Positions 62,239 through 64,000 of a DNA stretch of 64,000 nt are shown one piece after another. A program made the translations under genes and the position numbers. Source of the stretch: Balanoglossus misakiensis (lineage: Eukaryota > Animalia > Hemichordata). The DNA lies in assembly GCA_040954595.2 (NCBI GenBank), contig CM082597.2, forward strand, positions 6,907,849 through 6,971,848, given 5' to 3'. The first letter of the stretch is position 1. Every line of letters begins with the position of its first letter. Below the pieces are notes generated by a model. It saw only the letters and a list, made by a program, of their open reading frames with translations. It was not told where the DNA came from and ran no database searches.

Positions 62239-64000
62239 CTGTAAAACAAAAATATTCACAATCAAAATAAACAATCTTGTCTTGATCAAACTTGAACATT
62301 TCAGGTATATTAGTATAGGATTGAACTATATATTTCTTTTAATACTAATAAACTTTTTGGTCATAAAGATTATTTCGCACTTTTTGAAACATACACATTG
62401 TACTGCATTGAAATTTAGTATAGGTAAGAGATCGGACCAAATTCAGATTTATTTATTTTGTCCAACATGTGGAATATAGAAATTACTCACATTTAAATTT
62501 GAGCCACAGAAGAAATGACATAGAGTGTTTGACTGGTTGAGGTTATTCTGATTCACACTTTCATTTCTAGTTTTATAAGTGATGGCACCTCAGAAATGAA
62601 TTTGTAGGGTGTAGTCAAGTAGAACTGACCCCAAAATTGGCATAACCGTGAAGTACGGTACAAATGCGATTTTTTTGCAGAAAATGATAGTTGAGGGGGT
62701 ACTGACTCGGAATCAGGTTGATGCCACCTTGGCACCCTTGAGCATTTTTTTTAATAAACGTTTTAAGCCACGCCCACATTTTAAATCTTATAATTACAAA
62801 GCCAAAAATGCAATTCATATAAATAATGTCTTGTTTGGTATCAAACTAAAGCTAATGACATGTGAAAAGTAAATATGAACATTATAAGGTTATACGGTCA
62901 ATGTCAAGGTCATATAAGGGCATATTAACATTAAACTGGCCACGTGGGGGGGGGGGGGGTTAAATGGACAAAGTCTCTCTCTCTCGCTGCCCTTTTTCCA
63001 TTAATTATGTTTGATACAAGACACCATTTATGTTAATGTACATGAAAAACTCGCCAAAATGAATAATCGGTGTTAACCATTTATTCATTTTGGCGAGATT
63101 TTTACTTTCATATCCTACAAACGGGATGGAAGTTGTGTGTGGTTGAACGTTGATTCACTATATATCCACATGTACATGTAGAATAACAGAAACGATATCT
63201 AGTATCAAACATAATAATTTAATTAATCGAAAAAACGCAGCGAGAGAGAGACTATGTCCCTTTAAACTTCAGCATAAACAAATACCAAAGAATCCACCCA
63301 CATTTTGCCGCTCACTCAGATAGTTCCCTGTTAATTACTTGATTTAATCGATTTACTAACTGTGCATATTCAGAGGCAAATATTCCTCAAATATCCTAGC
63401 CAAATTTCAACATTGTAGTTTATTCAGATATCAACATTTAATTTTTCACACTTTTCAACTTTCATTTTAGGGGGTTTGGACGCAAAGAAATACATTTTGT
63501 TAGTTGAACTAATGTGACAATCTGAAATGGTTCCTAATTTGATGGCCATAATTTTTTGCCTTTAATTCACATGCATCTACTTCCCAATATTGGACTGACT
63601 TTGCATGGTGTTATTCATATTTCTGTAACCTAATCCGTTTTAGCAAACCCCAGGGACTTATGTCATACCACTGGTCTGTGTGCTGTGTGTCTATCTGTGC
63701 CATTGATATCACAAGAGTTATGACTTGAACTCAACTTTGATTGTCAAAACTTTGAGAAAGAAAGTTGAAATACCAGATTAGGAAGTCAAGTTGAAAATAT
63801 CTGGCTGAAGTTTGGCTTGGATTACACACCATAAAAATAGTTGTTTTACAAACAGCAATATGAACTATGTAACCACTGTTCTACATGACAATTAATTTTG
63901 GATTATAGATACTATGACTGATTACTTCATGGATGTGTACTGAAAGGGAAAAAGTCTCTCTCACTCATTGCCCTTTTTACATTAACTATGTTTGATGCAA

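Noticed and set aside
62240-64000. Upstream UBA-domain exons of UBASH3
   Set aside because: No convincing exon seen; they probably lie beyond the window.

Overview
AT-rich, intron-containing animal DNA, most likely from a marine invertebrate (the gene and repeat content would fit a hemichordate, lancelet, echinoderm or cnidarian; the species cannot be fixed from sequence). Host genes: (1) two near-identical tandem copies of a + strand gene encoding a GT-B/GT4-like 'conflict' glycosyltransferase domain that has lost both EX7E glutamates, followed ~12 kb downstream by a phase-1/phase-1 exon encoding a TRADD-N-like domain, a linker exon, and an exon that reads into a LINE ORF1 zinc knuckle; together these look like an exon-shuffled innate-immune/apoptosis-type locus. 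(2) A three-exon LicD/fukutin-family type II membrane nucleotidyltransferase. (3) The last ten coding exons of a UBASH3/Sts-family gene on the - strand (2H, SH3 and histidine-phosphatase domains). The rest is a dense nest of transposons: a full-length L1/Tx1 LINE with an 11-bp TSD and one -1 frameshift at a slippery heptamer, a decayed Gypsy element with both LTRs, a young CR1-type LINE flanked by a 907-bp perfect direct repeat, a 3.2-kb foldback element, a CAC-ended element with a 5-bp TSD (Transib/RAG-like signature), Helentron-associated (HINE/DINE-1-like) elements, many MITEs, and several segmental duplications. One MITE is inverted in place between two paralogous copies. All domain and family assignments come from recognising motifs by eye, not from database searches.
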